DNA of 20,021 bases from an uncultured Deinococcales bacterium (GTDB taxonomy: Bacteria > Deinococcota > Deinococci > Deinococcales > JAAFIG01), in the NCBI GenBank assembly GCA_964247135.1, contig CAXTTL010000072.1, forward strand, positions 1-20,021. Direction: 5' to 3'. Made by a program: the position numbers and the translations under genes. Shown piece after piece: positions 9,146 through 18,024 of the stretch. The notes under the pieces are model-generated. The model had not been told where the DNA came from and did no database searches. It saw only the letters and a program-made list of their open reading frames with translations. Position 1 is the first letter of the stretch, and every line of letters starts with the position of its first letter.

Positions 9146-10267
9146 ATGCAAGCCATTTTGGAGCACCTGACCGCCAGCACCTCGAGCATCCTGAATGACA
9201 TTGAAACCCTGGTAAAGCTCGAGTCGCCATCGACCGACGCCGCCCGCATCAACTTGGTTCAGGACACGCTGCAAGCTTGGCTGAAGCCATTTGGTGAAAT
9301 CACGCGAACAAAACACGAACTGGGCGACATCTTGCAGTGCCGCATTCCTGGAAGCTCGAGTAACAGGGTCGTTTTGCTGGCTCATGCCGACACGGTGTAC
9401 AGCGTCGGCGCCTGGAAAACTGGCTTGTGGCGTATCGAGGGCGATCAAGCTTACGGACCTGGCGGTTACGACATGAAAGCCGGCATCGTCCAAGCCATCT
9501 GGGCGATCAAAACGCTCAAAACCCTCAACCTCGAGCCTTCTTGCACCATCGATTTTCTGATTACCCCCGACGAAGAGATTGCCTCTTACGCGGGTCGTCC
9601 ACACATTGAAGCGCTGGCGCAGGGCGCGAGTGCCGTGCTGGTGCTCGAGCCGCCGCATTTGAACGGCGATTTGAAGGTGGCTCGCAAGGGCGTGGGCATG
9701 TACACCATTCACGTTTTTGGCAAAGCCGCCCACCAGGGCACAGAACCCGAAAATGGACGCAACGCCATCGTCAGCGCCGCGCACTTTATCACCGAGGTCG
9801 TGAAGTTACAGAACCTCGAGCTTGGCACGACGCTGGGACCGAACGTGATTCACGGCGGCAGCGCGACCAACGTGGTCGCCGATGAGGTCAAACTCGAGGT
9901 GGACATTCGGGTTTGGAGCATGGTGGAAGCCGAACGAATCGAGCGCGAAATCCGTTTGATCCAACCGCTCGAGGGAACCCGTTACGAAATCACGGACGGC
10001 TTGAATCGCCCACCGATGGAACCCACGCCTGGGTCAATGGCGATCCTCGAGAAAGCCCAAAAGATTGCGAACGAGATTGGTTTCAACCCTGGCGCGGCGC
10101 GGGTTGGTGGCGGCAGCGACGGCAATTTCACGGCGACCATCGCGCCGACGCTGGACGGTTTTGGCGCGTTTGGCAAGAACGCGCATCAAAAAGACCTCGA
10201 GTTTATTACGATCTCCGAACTTGCGCCGCGCACGGCATTGCTGGCAGGGTTGTTGCTCGAGCTTTAA
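9146..10267 (+). CDS. M20 family metallopeptidase (glutamate carboxypeptidase G2-like)
   Basis: LESPS, HADTV, GPGGYDMKAG, DEEI, VLEP, GKAAH, GGGSDGNF and a C-terminal H...E. Confidence 0.92.
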   Translation: MQAILEHLTASTSSILNDIETLVKLESPSTDAARINLVQDTLQAWLKPFGEITRTKHELGDILQCRIPGSSSNRVVLLAHADTVYSVGAWKTGLWRIEGDQAYGPGGYDMKAGIVQAIWAIKTLKTLNLEPSCTIDFLITPDEEIASYAGRPHIEALAQGASAVLVLEPPHLNGDLKVARKGVGMYTIHVFGKAAHQGTEPENGRNAIVSAAHFITEVVKLQNLELGTTLGPNVIHGGSATNVVADEVKLEVDIRVWSMVEAERIEREIRLIQPLEGTRYEITDGLNRPPMEPTPGSMAILEKAQKIANEIGFNPGAARVGGGSDGNFTATIAPTLDGFGAFGKNAHQKDLEFITISELAPRTALLAGLLLEL

Positions 10268-10370
10268 AAGCCTGCATAGATTGGTATTGCTCGAGCCGTT
10301 GCGACGCAGGGTTTTGTTGGTGCGTCCAATCTCGAGTATTCGTTGTTATTTTTTTGATTTTAAACTGTGC

Positions 10371-10404
10371 AAAACCTCCAAGGGTAATTTCCCTTGGAGG
10401 TTTT
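10371..10404. terminator. Bidirectional rho-independent terminator
   Basis: Perfect inverted repeat AAAACCTCCAAGGG-taattt-CCCTTGGAGGTTTT between the convergent genes ending at 10267 and 10419. Confidence 0.88.
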
Positions 10405-10418
10405 ATTGCGACCACTGT

Positions 10419-12494
10419 TTAGTATTTTGGTATGCCACGCCCAATCACATTAGAATCGGTGACAATCCAAGGAATGCCGTCTGCATCTGCGCCGATTCGG
10501 CTGGCTCCGACATTGCCACTGAGTCCAACCCATCCATTAAAAGCCAAGGTGTAGACCACGTCGTCTGTACCGATCACAAAAACCACGCCGTTGGCAGCGA
10601 TGGCAATGTCTTTGGCTGCACCTTGGATCACTTGTTTAACCCCACCAATGTACTTGGCAATCTGACCTGTTTTACCAACAGTCCAAGGGTTGCCTTGAGG
10701 GTCTACGGCAACTTGAGCCGCGTCTGAACCAAAGCTGTCGCTCCAGCCAGAACCAGTCCATTTGTACAAGGTGTTGGATAAGCCCACATGGTAGACACTG
10801 CCATCTGCGCCAATGCCAATGTCAAGGGCTTGCCCAGGTACTTGCTGCCAGGCGTTGTTGACCCGGCGGAACATGCTTCCGCCGCCACCAATCACCCAGG
10901 GGTTGCCTTGGGGGTCCACGGCAACTCGGGTGATCTCGCTCGATTCAATTCGTAGCCAAGTTGAACCTGTCCAGTTGTAAACGGCTTTGTCCATGCCAAC
11001 CACCCAAACCGAACCGTTTGCGCCGATGGCAACATCGGTGGCGGCTCCTGGCATGACTTCAAACGCCATTGAAATCGGGGTCATGGCTGGGAATTTTGCC
11101 AGTTTGACCAATTTTTTGGTGCTGACGGTGGCGTCAAGGTTGGCTCGGTCTTTTTCGTTGCCTTTGCCAGCGATTTTGCTGGTCTGGTTAAGGCTGTAAT
11201 TGATGGCTAAATCATAGCCCGCATTTGGATTGATGTCGCAGTGGTCATCGGCGTTGTCGGGTAGGTCTTGATCCCAAAGTTCGTACTTGATACTCGAGCT
11301 TGTTTTGTTGTCATCCACAAAGGCAATGGTTGTCCAGTCGGGCGTGATCGGATTCTGGTTTTGGTAAACACTTTCGGTGTACGTGCGTCCGTCCACGGTT
11401 ATTTTGGCGTAAAAATCGGCGGTGCCACCTGGATCAATTTTTTGTTCAAAAGTGCCAACTTTGTCTTCACTGACCGAATTGGTTTTGACCACCACGGCTT
11501 GTTTATGCAGATCAATGCTGGGGATTTGCGGTACTGCCGCCGTCACCTTGTCGGTTTTGTCGAGGTCAAAGGTCAGCTCGAGATACCATAATTTGGGAGC
11601 CTTGAACGCCAGTGTTGCGCTGGATTCCGGACTCGAGATAAAGGCGGCTGTGGCAATCGCAAAATCTGGTAGGTATTTGCTGTTCGGTCCTTTCCAGTGC
11701 CCCAACCATGTGCTCAGGTCGTACATCAGGGCAATTTGGACTGCTGTTCGCCCCAGATCGGTTGGGTCAAAGGTTGGTTGGCGAACTTGATTCCAGATGT
11801 TTGGGTTGACTTCTGTCACCCAGCCCTGAATTGCGTTGATCCATTCTCTCGAGCCGGCATAGGCGGTCGAATAGGCGTTCATCCAGTTTGGGCGACCATA
11901 AAAGTCGTGGTTCATGCCGACGCCCGTTGTTCCGTGATCGGTTGCCTGTTCTGGTGAACTGTTCGGGTACTTGCCGCTTCGCAAACGATTTTCGGTTGGG
12001 CTGATTGGCGTATTAAAATAGGTGCTGGTTTGTAAACCATCGACGCTGCCAAGTAAATCTGCCCAGTTGGAATGGGTGTAAAAATCTTGAACCGCGTGCA
12101 ACGAATAGCCTGTTAGCGCCATGATTTTACGCCAGTCACCATCTCGAGCCGCTTTTTGCACGGCGGTTTTGGTGTTGATGGTCAAACGATTCCAGTAGGT
12201 GCGTACCAAATCGGTGGTCAGTAAATTATCAAAATGCAGTTTATCGAGTTCTTTGCCAGCCCCGACCAGCGGTTGACTCGTGTAATAATCGACCAACAGA
12301 TTGTCGTTGGCAATGATTGTGGCGCTGAGTGGACTGAGTCCCTGATGCGTTGCGGCGTCAATGCTGAGGTCATTGTGATGCCCAGCGTCAAATGCCAAGG
12401 CGCTTGTCGTGATTTGCAGACTCGAGAAAAGCACCGTCAGCAGCAAGAATTTTTTGAGGGCTTGGGGTAGCCTAACACTTCGGGGTTGATTCAT
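10419..12494 (-). CDS. Secreted multidomain protein: HET-C/VWA7-like (Zn phospholipase C/P1 nuclease fold) domain, C2-like domain and tectonin beta-propeller
   Basis: Signal peptide ALA|F; FDAGHH, HFDN, GYSLHAVQDFYTHSNW and MNHD; DFYAKITVDG...YELWDQD...DDHCDINP; six DVAIGANGSVW/VAVDPQGNPW repeats; AGGAG RBS. Confidence 0.8.
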   Translation of the reverse strand: MNQPRSVRLPQALKKFLLLTVLFSSLQITTSALAFDAGHHNDLSIDAATHQGLSPLSATIIANDNLLVDYYTSQPLVGAGKELDKLHFDNLLTTDLVRTYWNRLTINTKTAVQKAARDGDWRKIMALTGYSLHAVQDFYTHSNWADLLGSVDGLQTSTYFNTPISPTENRLRSGKYPNSSPEQATDHGTTGVGMNHDFYGRPNWMNAYSTAYAGSREWINAIQGWVTEVNPNIWNQVRQPTFDPTDLGRTAVQIALMYDLSTWLGHWKGPNSKYLPDFAIATAAFISSPESSATLAFKAPKLWYLELTFDLDKTDKVTAAVPQIPSIDLHKQAVVVKTNSVSEDKVGTFEQKIDPGGTADFYAKITVDGRTYTESVYQNQNPITPDWTTIAFVDDNKTSSSIKYELWDQDLPDNADDHCDINPNAGYDLAINYSLNQTSKIAGKGNEKDRANLDATVSTKKLVKLAKFPAMTPISMAFEVMPGAATDVAIGANGSVWVVGMDKAVYNWTGSTWLRIESSEITRVAVDPQGNPWVIGGGGSMFRRVNNAWQQVPGQALDIGIGADGSVYHVGLSNTLYKWTGSGWSDSFGSDAAQVAVDPQGNPWTVGKTGQIAKYIGGVKQVIQGAAKDIAIAANGVVFVIGTDDVVYTLAFNGWVGLSGNVGASRIGADADGIPWIVTDSNVIGRGIPKY

Positions 12495-12600
12495 GATAAA
12501 GCTCCTTTGGTCTGTGAAAATACTGTGATTTACGACGTGAGCAGCGTACTTTTATAAACTTTGTTTAAGACCCTCCTTTTTGTGGCTCGAGACACAAACT

Positions 12601-13215
12601 TTAAACAAGATGGCTGGCGAGACGAAACGCCATGAACCACAACAAAACACCGCTGCAAAGGTCAATGGCACGCAAAACCCGAGCTTGCTTTAACACTGGC
12701 GCGAGCAGCGCCGAACCGTAGGTCAGACCCAAAAACCACAGCATTGAGGCGGCAATCGCACCGAGCGCGAACCACGGGCGTTGATCGCTCTGGTAATGGT
12801 TGGCTCCACCACCGATCAGCAGCATTGTATCGATGTAAACGCTGGGGTTGAGCAGGCTGACCGTCAACAACGCCGTCACGATCTGCCTGCGGGTCGGCAG
12901 AATCACAACCTCGGTTGCCTCGAGTGCGGGCGCGAGTGCCACCCAAAACGAGCAGGCTCCGTAATACATCAACGCCGCAACTCCGGCGCAGGTCATCAGT
13001 TTGGACAGCCACTCGCCCTGCATCACAGCCCCGACACCGAACGTGCCCAGACCGATCAGCACGGCGTCGAGCAACGTGCAGAGCAGCACGATCAACAGCA
13101 GGTGCTGGCGGCGCAAGCCTTGGCGCAGGATCAGGGTGTTTTGTGGTCCGATCCCGACGATCAAACCGGCGCTGAGGAGAAAGCCTTCGATCAGTGGGAG
13201 GTTGGCAGTGTTCAC
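12601..13215 (-). CDS. LysE/ArgO family amino-acid exporter
   Basis: LIVGIGPQN..ILRQGL, D..LI..G, LLNPSVYIDT..LIG, F..GA..AS..WF. GTG start with AGGAG RBS. Confidence 0.92.
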   Translation of the reverse strand: MNTANLPLIEGFLLSAGLIVGIGPQNTLILRQGLRRQHLLLIVLLCTLLDAVLIGLGTFGVGAVMQGEWLSKLMTCAGVAALMYYGACSFWVALAPALEATEVVILPTRRQIVTALLTVSLLNPSVYIDTMLLIGGGANHYQSDQRPWFALGAIAASMLWFLGLTYGSALLAPVLKQARVLRAIDLCSGVLLWFMAFRLASHLV

Positions 13216-13270
13216 GGTGGTGCTCCTGTCATGCTTGAGGAGATGCGTGTGTTTGATCTGATATGCACAG

Positions 13271-13318
13271 AGCTTATGAAAGTGGGCGTCAACGGAGCGT
13301 CAACGGGGCATCAACAGA
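13271..13318 (-). promoter_or_regulatory. Three 11-bp direct repeats (AfsR/SARP-type operator) and a putative -10 TAAGCT for the lysE-family gene
   Basis: GCGTCAACGGA (13286-96), GCGTCAACGGG (13297-307) and GCATCAACAGA (13308-18). On the minus strand the array ends 9 nt before TAAGCT (13276-13271). Confidence 0.7.
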
Positions 13319-13415
13319 TATTCGATTTCGTATCCGAAGTCTTGTGTACCTGTGCCAACGCAGTGCTGCTGAGGCTCGAGAATGGCAGAACGTAAAGATT
13401 TTTGACGCAGCGCCA

Positions 13416-13421
13416 TATAAT
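13416..13421 (+). promoter_or_regulatory. -10 element of a probable leaderless promoter
   Basis: Consensus TATAAT 6 nt upstream of ATG 13428, with no Shine-Dalgarno sequence. Confidence 0.7.
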
Positions 13422-13427
13422 GAACGC

Positions 13428-16295
13428 ATGGTGATGCACCTCAACGTTCTTGGTGGGCTGTCACTCGAGCCACCGTCTTTTCAGCGACCCAAACCGTTGC
13501 TGTTGCTGGCGTACTTGGCGCTCGAGGGCAGACGAGAAAAACGTCACGTGCAGGAAATGTTCTGGTTTAATGCCGCGAATCCGGCGGGCAGCTTGCGCAC
13601 AGCCATAAACCAACTTCGCCAAGTTTCGAGCGATCTGATCCTGTCAAACGAGCACACCATCTGGACGGCGGTGGAAAGCGACCTGACGGCGTTGCAATCC
13701 GCAATCTCGGAACGGGATGCGAACCGCCTGCTGACCTTGTACAAGGGCGAGTTCTTGTTCGGTTTCACGTTGCCGGACTGGGGCGCAGAACTCGAGGAGT
13801 GGGTGTATGGCACCCGAGAATTTCTGGACGCCAAGGTGCGTGGGGCTTTGATTCGGGCGGCACAAACCGAGGCGGGCAAGGGCAAGTTCGATCTCGCGGC
13901 TCAATGGGCACAGAAGTCGTTTGCCATCAAACGTCAGGAGCAAACACCAGAAGACCTCGAGCAACTGTACCCTCTGCTGGTCGCTGGTGACAGTGCGTTG
14001 CAAGATGAGTTGAAAAATCAGGCGAAAGAATTCGGCATCGAGTTGAACTTGTCTCGAGAGGCGGCGCGGCAGCGTTATGTCACAACGCTTGAGGGCGGTG
14101 CGGCGGCGCGAATTATTGCGCACAATTTGCCGCGCAGCAAGACCTCGTTCATTGGGCGCGATCCCGAACTGGTCGAATTGGGGTTGATGATCGCTCAACC
14201 CGAAGTGCAACTGTTGACACTCTTGGGTCCTGGCGGCATCGGCAAAACACGCTTGTCCTTGCAATTGGCGGCGGGGCAACTCGAGGAGGGAAATTTCCCT
14301 GACGGCGTGTACTTTGTGGCGCTCGAGTCGCTGACCGAACCCGCGCAAATTCCGTTGGTGTTGGCGCAAACCTTGCAGGTCAAACCCACCGATGATCCTT
14401 TTGCCGACGTCAAAACTGCCATTGGCAACAAGCACATGCTGCTGGTGCTCGACAACTTTGAGCATCTGGTGGAGGCTGCGCTGCTCGTCTCCGAGCTGCT
14501 CGAGGTCTGCCCGAATTTGACCCTGGTGGTCACCTCCCGAGAACGCCTGAACCTCGAGGAAGAGCACGTGCTGCCATTGCAGGGTTTGCCATTTTCGAGC
14601 GGCTCGAGTTTTGCCGAATCAAAATACGTGGATGCAATAGAATTGTTCGTGCAACGCGCCAAACGCGCCCGCTTGGATTTTCAACTCACCCCAGAGAACC
14701 TGGGGTTCGTGCTCGAGGTTTGCAAATTGGTCGAGGGTTCACCGCTGGGGATCGAACTGGCATCCGCGTGGTTGCGGTCGTTGTCCCTGCCAGATTTGGT
14801 GCGTGAAATCACCATCAACCAAGACGTGCTCGAGACTTCATCGCGCAACATTCCTGGCAGGCATCAAAGCTTGCGGGTTGTGTTTGAACACTCCTGGAAT
14901 CTGTTGAAGCCCAGAGAGCAACTGCTTCTGGCGAGGCTTTCTGTCTTTCGCGGCGGCTTCACCCGCGAGGCAGCCTCGAGCGTGGCGGATGCGAACTTGG
15001 GTCTACTCGCGGCGCTGGTCAACAAATCGGTTTTGCGGCTGCCAGAGACTGAACATGGCGGCGAAGCGCGTTACGACTTTCACCCGTTGCTACTCGAGTA
15101 CGCCAAAGAAAAATTTGCTGGCTTTAGCCAAGCATCAGACATCCAAACCAAACACGCACATTATTTTATGGCACTGCTCGTAGCATCAAGTCAGAACGGC
15201 TTGAAGGCTCAGATTCGAGGCTGCAAACAAGAGTACGAAAACCTGCTGGAAGCCCTGGCTTGGTCGCAAGACAACAATCACGGGATGTTCGGCTTGCGCC
15301 TGGGCATCATGCTCGGCACCCTCTGGCAATCTCAGGGTTACAACAGTGAAGGCATCCACTGGCTCAGAACCGTGCTGTCCCATCCCGAGGCGGCAAGCGC
15401 CAGCGCCGAACGATTTCAGGCGCTGCTGCTGATTTCACGCATCGCCATGATTCACTCTGAGCACTTGGCGCTCGGCACCGCTTACGGACGAGAGGCACTG
15501 GCGCTGGCTCAGACCCTCGAGATCGACGAGTACATTGTTCAAGCCCACTTGGGTTTGAGCCTGGCAGCCCAAAAACAAAGCGACTGGACTGCCGTAGAAC
15601 ATTACGGTGAGGCGGGACTGGCGTTGGCACGCAACATCAACCATTCGGGACTGACCGCCAATGCCCTGTGGATTGTCGGTGGCGCCCTGGCGTTCATCAA
15701 GGGCGATTACGTCAAAAGCCGCAGCTACCTCGAGGAAAGCCTGAGCCTCAACCGCAAACTGGGCTTGCGCCTCGAGATCGGAGCTTCGCTCGGCAATTTG
15801 GGCTTTCTGGTGTTTTTGCTCGGCGACCTGCAAGCCGCCAAAGCCTATCTCGAGGAGGCGCTGCTGATCGCCAAAGACCTTCCCGACCTGTACATGGCGA
15901 GTACGGCTCAGGACAGCCTCAGTGCCGTGATGCAAGACCTTGGCGACCTCGAGTCGGCACGCCTTCTGGCAGAGCAGGCACTGAGATACAGTTGGCAGGT
16001 CAAGAACACAATGAACATTCGCAACGCCTTCGAGAACCTGGCAAACCTTGCGGCATTGCAGGGACAAGCCAAACGCGCCAGCCAACTGTGGGGCGCCGCC
16101 GAACGCTGCCATATTGCGGACACCTCACGCATCAGTCTGCTTTGGCATGATCGCAACGAACGGTTCATGGCGATAGCAAAAGCGCAGCTCGACGAAACCA
16201 GTTTTCACAGCGCCTGGCAAGCGGGCGCACAGATGAAACTCGAGGAGGCTGTCAGTTACGCGCTCGAGGCAAGCTTACAGCCAACGCACCGATAA
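13428..16295 (+). CDS. AfsR/SARP-like transcriptional regulator: N-terminal wHTH/BTAD-like region, STAND (NB-ARC-like) ATPase and TPR repeats
   Basis: LNVLGG...KPLLLLAYLAL...SLRTAINQLR; LYKGEFL.G...EEW; HNLP...SFIGR; Walker A GPGGIGKT; Walker B LLVLDNFEH; TSRE; GSPLGIEL; C-terminal A..YLEEAL TPR helices. Start moved from 13263 to 13428. Confidence 0.9.
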   Translation: MVMHLNVLGGLSLEPPSFQRPKPLLLLAYLALEGRREKRHVQEMFWFNAANPAGSLRTAINQLRQVSSDLILSNEHTIWTAVESDLTALQSAISERDANRLLTLYKGEFLFGFTLPDWGAELEEWVYGTREFLDAKVRGALIRAAQTEAGKGKFDLAAQWAQKSFAIKRQEQTPEDLEQLYPLLVAGDSALQDELKNQAKEFGIELNLSREAARQRYVTTLEGGAAARIIAHNLPRSKTSFIGRDPELVELGLMIAQPEVQLLTLLGPGGIGKTRLSLQLAAGQLEEGNFPDGVYFVALESLTEPAQIPLVLAQTLQVKPTDDPFADVKTAIGNKHMLLVLDNFEHLVEAALLVSELLEVCPNLTLVVTSRERLNLEEEHVLPLQGLPFSSGSSFAESKYVDAIELFVQRAKRARLDFQLTPENLGFVLEVCKLVEGSPLGIELASAWLRSLSLPDLVREITINQDVLETSSRNIPGRHQSLRVVFEHSWNLLKPREQLLLARLSVFRGGFTREAASSVADANLGLLAALVNKSVLRLPETEHGGEARYDFHPLLLEYAKEKFAGFSQASDIQTKHAHYFMALLVASSQNGLKAQIRGCKQEYENLLEALAWSQDNNHGMFGLRLGIMLGTLWQSQGYNSEGIHWLRTVLSHPEAASASAERFQALLLISRIAMIHSEHLALGTAYGREALALAQTLEIDEYIVQAHLGLSLAAQKQSDWTAVEHYGEAGLALARNINHSGLTANALWIVGGALAFIKGDYVKSRSYLEESLSLNRKLGLRLEIGASLGNLGFLVFLLGDLQAAKAYLEEALLIAKDLPDLYMASTAQDSLSAVMQDLGDLESARLLAEQALRYSWQVKNTMNIRNAFENLANLAALQGQAKRASQLWGAAERCHIADTSRISLLWHDRNERFMAIAKAQLDETSFHSAWQAGAQMKLEEAVSYALEASLQPTHR

Positions 16296-16380
16296 AAAAA
16301 TCACCGCCTCGCAGATGCCAGACAAAACAACACCGTCTCGAGCAAACCTGATGCCCAGCCAAAAATGTTAACCTGACAAA

Positions 16381-18024
16381 ATGCTTGCCACCGACCTCTC
16401 GAGCCTTTTTCGCAATTCTCGAGACACCACCGTCATGCTCGACGGGAATGTGAACCCTGCCGAACTGGCGCGTCATGCGGTTGGGCTTGCCAACGCCAAG
16501 GGCGGCACGATGGTCGTCGGTGTGACCCGCGACGGGGCGCTCGAGGGTGCGCCCGACTTGCACCCCCTGCAACTGACGCACGCCCTGTACGAGCTGACCA
16601 GCGGCAAACTGACCGTCAATTGCACCTCGGCGACTTTGGATGGCAAATCCTTATTGGTGGTCAATGTGCCAAGGTCGCAGATGGTGCTGGCAACCCCGCA
16701 GGGCGAGGTGCTGCACTGGAACGGCGCGAGCCTCGAGCCTCTGGGCGCAAGCACCAGCGACCCAATGCCCGACCCCGATTTCACGGCGACCGTACCGCCG
16801 ATGGGCAGCCTCTCCGACATCGACCCGCTCGAGGTGCATCGCCTGCGCGGGGTGCTCGAGTCGCGGCGCGGCGCGGGACTGGCGGAACTGCCCGATTTGG
16901 ATTTGTTGCAGGCGCTCGGGTTATTGGAGGGCGAACAACCCAACATTGCCGGGATTTTGCTGGCTGGAACGCCACGCGCCTTAAAACGCTACGTGCCGCA
17001 AACCGAACTCGATTATTACAACCATGCCACCAACGACCTCGAGTTTGAATTCCGCGAAACCCTGTTAAAGCCGCTTCCAGCACTGCTGGAGCGCTTGCGG
17101 GAATTGATTCAGGCTCGGAATCAGTACAAAACCTTGAACGTTGGCTTGTTTCAAATTGAAATCTGGGATTACGACGAGGTGGTTTACCGCGAAGCGATTT
17201 TGAACGCCCTGGTGCACCGCGATTACACCAGCCGCGACACGATTCAAATTCATCACCATCCGAACAAACTCGAGATTTCAAACCCTGGGTCGTTTGCTGG
17301 CGGCGTCAATGCGCAAAACATTTTGCGGCACGCCCCGAAACGTCGCAATCCCGTGCTTGCCGATGCGCTGGCACGAATGGGCTTTATCGAGCGGGCGGGC
17401 ATCGGCGTGGACCGAATGTACCGATTGTTGCTACGTCACGGCAAGGAGATTCCCGAGTACACCTCCTACCCCGACAGCGTGGTCTTGCGGCTGCACAACC
17501 CCGAATTCGACGAGGCGTTCACAAGGTTTATCGCCCGCAAGCAAGAGGAAATGGGCGCGTTGAACCTCGATGCCCTGATCGTGCTGGCATACTTGAAACG
17601 CGAACTCGAGGGCGACAGGGCATCGCTTTCCAAAGCCTTGCAACTGCCCGAAGATCAGGTGGCTCGAGCGCTCAAACCGCTCGAAACCAGCGATCTGGTT
17701 ATCCGTCACGGTGAGGCTTGGGTGCTGTCCAATGCCGCGCTGAATGCGATTGGCAAACCCATTCCCATGCCATCACGACCCCGACTCGAGCCTGGCAAAG
17801 CGGAAGTTAAATTCAGTTTCGGTGAAACCCGAGCGCTGGTCAAACAACGCGTGATCGAACTGGTCGAGAACCTCGGCAGCGTCGCCAACCGCGACGTTCG
17901 CGCCCTCTTGGGCATCAACCTCTCGCAAGCCAGCCACCTGCTGCGCGTCATGACCAAAGACGGCTTGCTCGAACGCACCGGCGACACGCCCCGCGCCATG
18001 CGTTACCAGCTCGGAATGAAATGA
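16381..18024 (+). CDS. AlbA_2 (Schlafen-like) + HATPase_c_4 + C-terminal HTH protein
   Basis: ANAKGGTMVVGV (AlbA_2 core); REAILNALVHRDY, ISNPG, RNPVLA and IERAGIGVDRM (HATPase_c_4); C-terminal winged helices (NRDVRALLGI...G..R.MRY). Confidence 0.88.
   Translation: MLATDLSSLFRNSRDTTVMLDGNVNPAELARHAVGLANAKGGTMVVGVTRDGALEGAPDLHPLQLTHALYELTSGKLTVNCTSATLDGKSLLVVNVPRSQMVLATPQGEVLHWNGASLEPLGASTSDPMPDPDFTATVPPMGSLSDIDPLEVHRLRGVLESRRGAGLAELPDLDLLQALGLLEGEQPNIAGILLAGTPRALKRYVPQTELDYYNHATNDLEFEFRETLLKPLPALLERLRELIQARNQYKTLNVGLFQIEIWDYDEVVYREAILNALVHRDYTSRDTIQIHHHPNKLEISNPGSFAGGVNAQNILRHAPKRRNPVLADALARMGFIERAGIGVDRMYRLLLRHGKEIPEYTSYPDSVVLRLHNPEFDEAFTRFIARKQEEMGALNLDALIVLAYLKRELEGDRASLSKALQLPEDQVARALKPLETSDLVIRHGEAWVLSNAALNAIGKPIPMPSRPRLEPGKAEVKFSFGETRALVKQRVIELVENLGSVANRDVRALLGINLSQASHLLRVMTKDGLLERTGDTPRAMRYQLGMK

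Noticed and set aside
12579-12598. Hairpin TTTGTG-gctcgaga-CACAAA after the lysE-family stop
   Set aside because: Weak AT-rich stem with no U tract on the minus strand; not supportable as a terminator.
13286-13318. Direct repeats as a possible CRISPR array
   Set aside because: Units are 11 bp and contiguous with no spacers, and there are no cas genes.
13263-13427. 55-aa N-terminal extension of the STAND regulator
   Set aside because: It overlaps the operator repeats and promoter; family similarity starts at Met 13428, directly after TATAAT.
13428-16295. STAND-TPR protein as an Avs/NLR antiphage system
   Set aside because: The N-terminus is SARP-like DNA-binding rather than a nuclease/TIR/SIR2 effector, and there is no defence-island context.
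16296-16380. Possible TPP riboswitch ahead of the thiN-containing unit
   Set aside because: No TPP aptamer consensus (CTGAGA...ACCTGA in proper context) is visible, and the unit appears leaderless.
16381-18024. Annotation as RecG helicase
   Set aside because: It has only the HATPase_c_4 ('RecG C-terminal'-labelled) domain and no SF2 helicase motifs.
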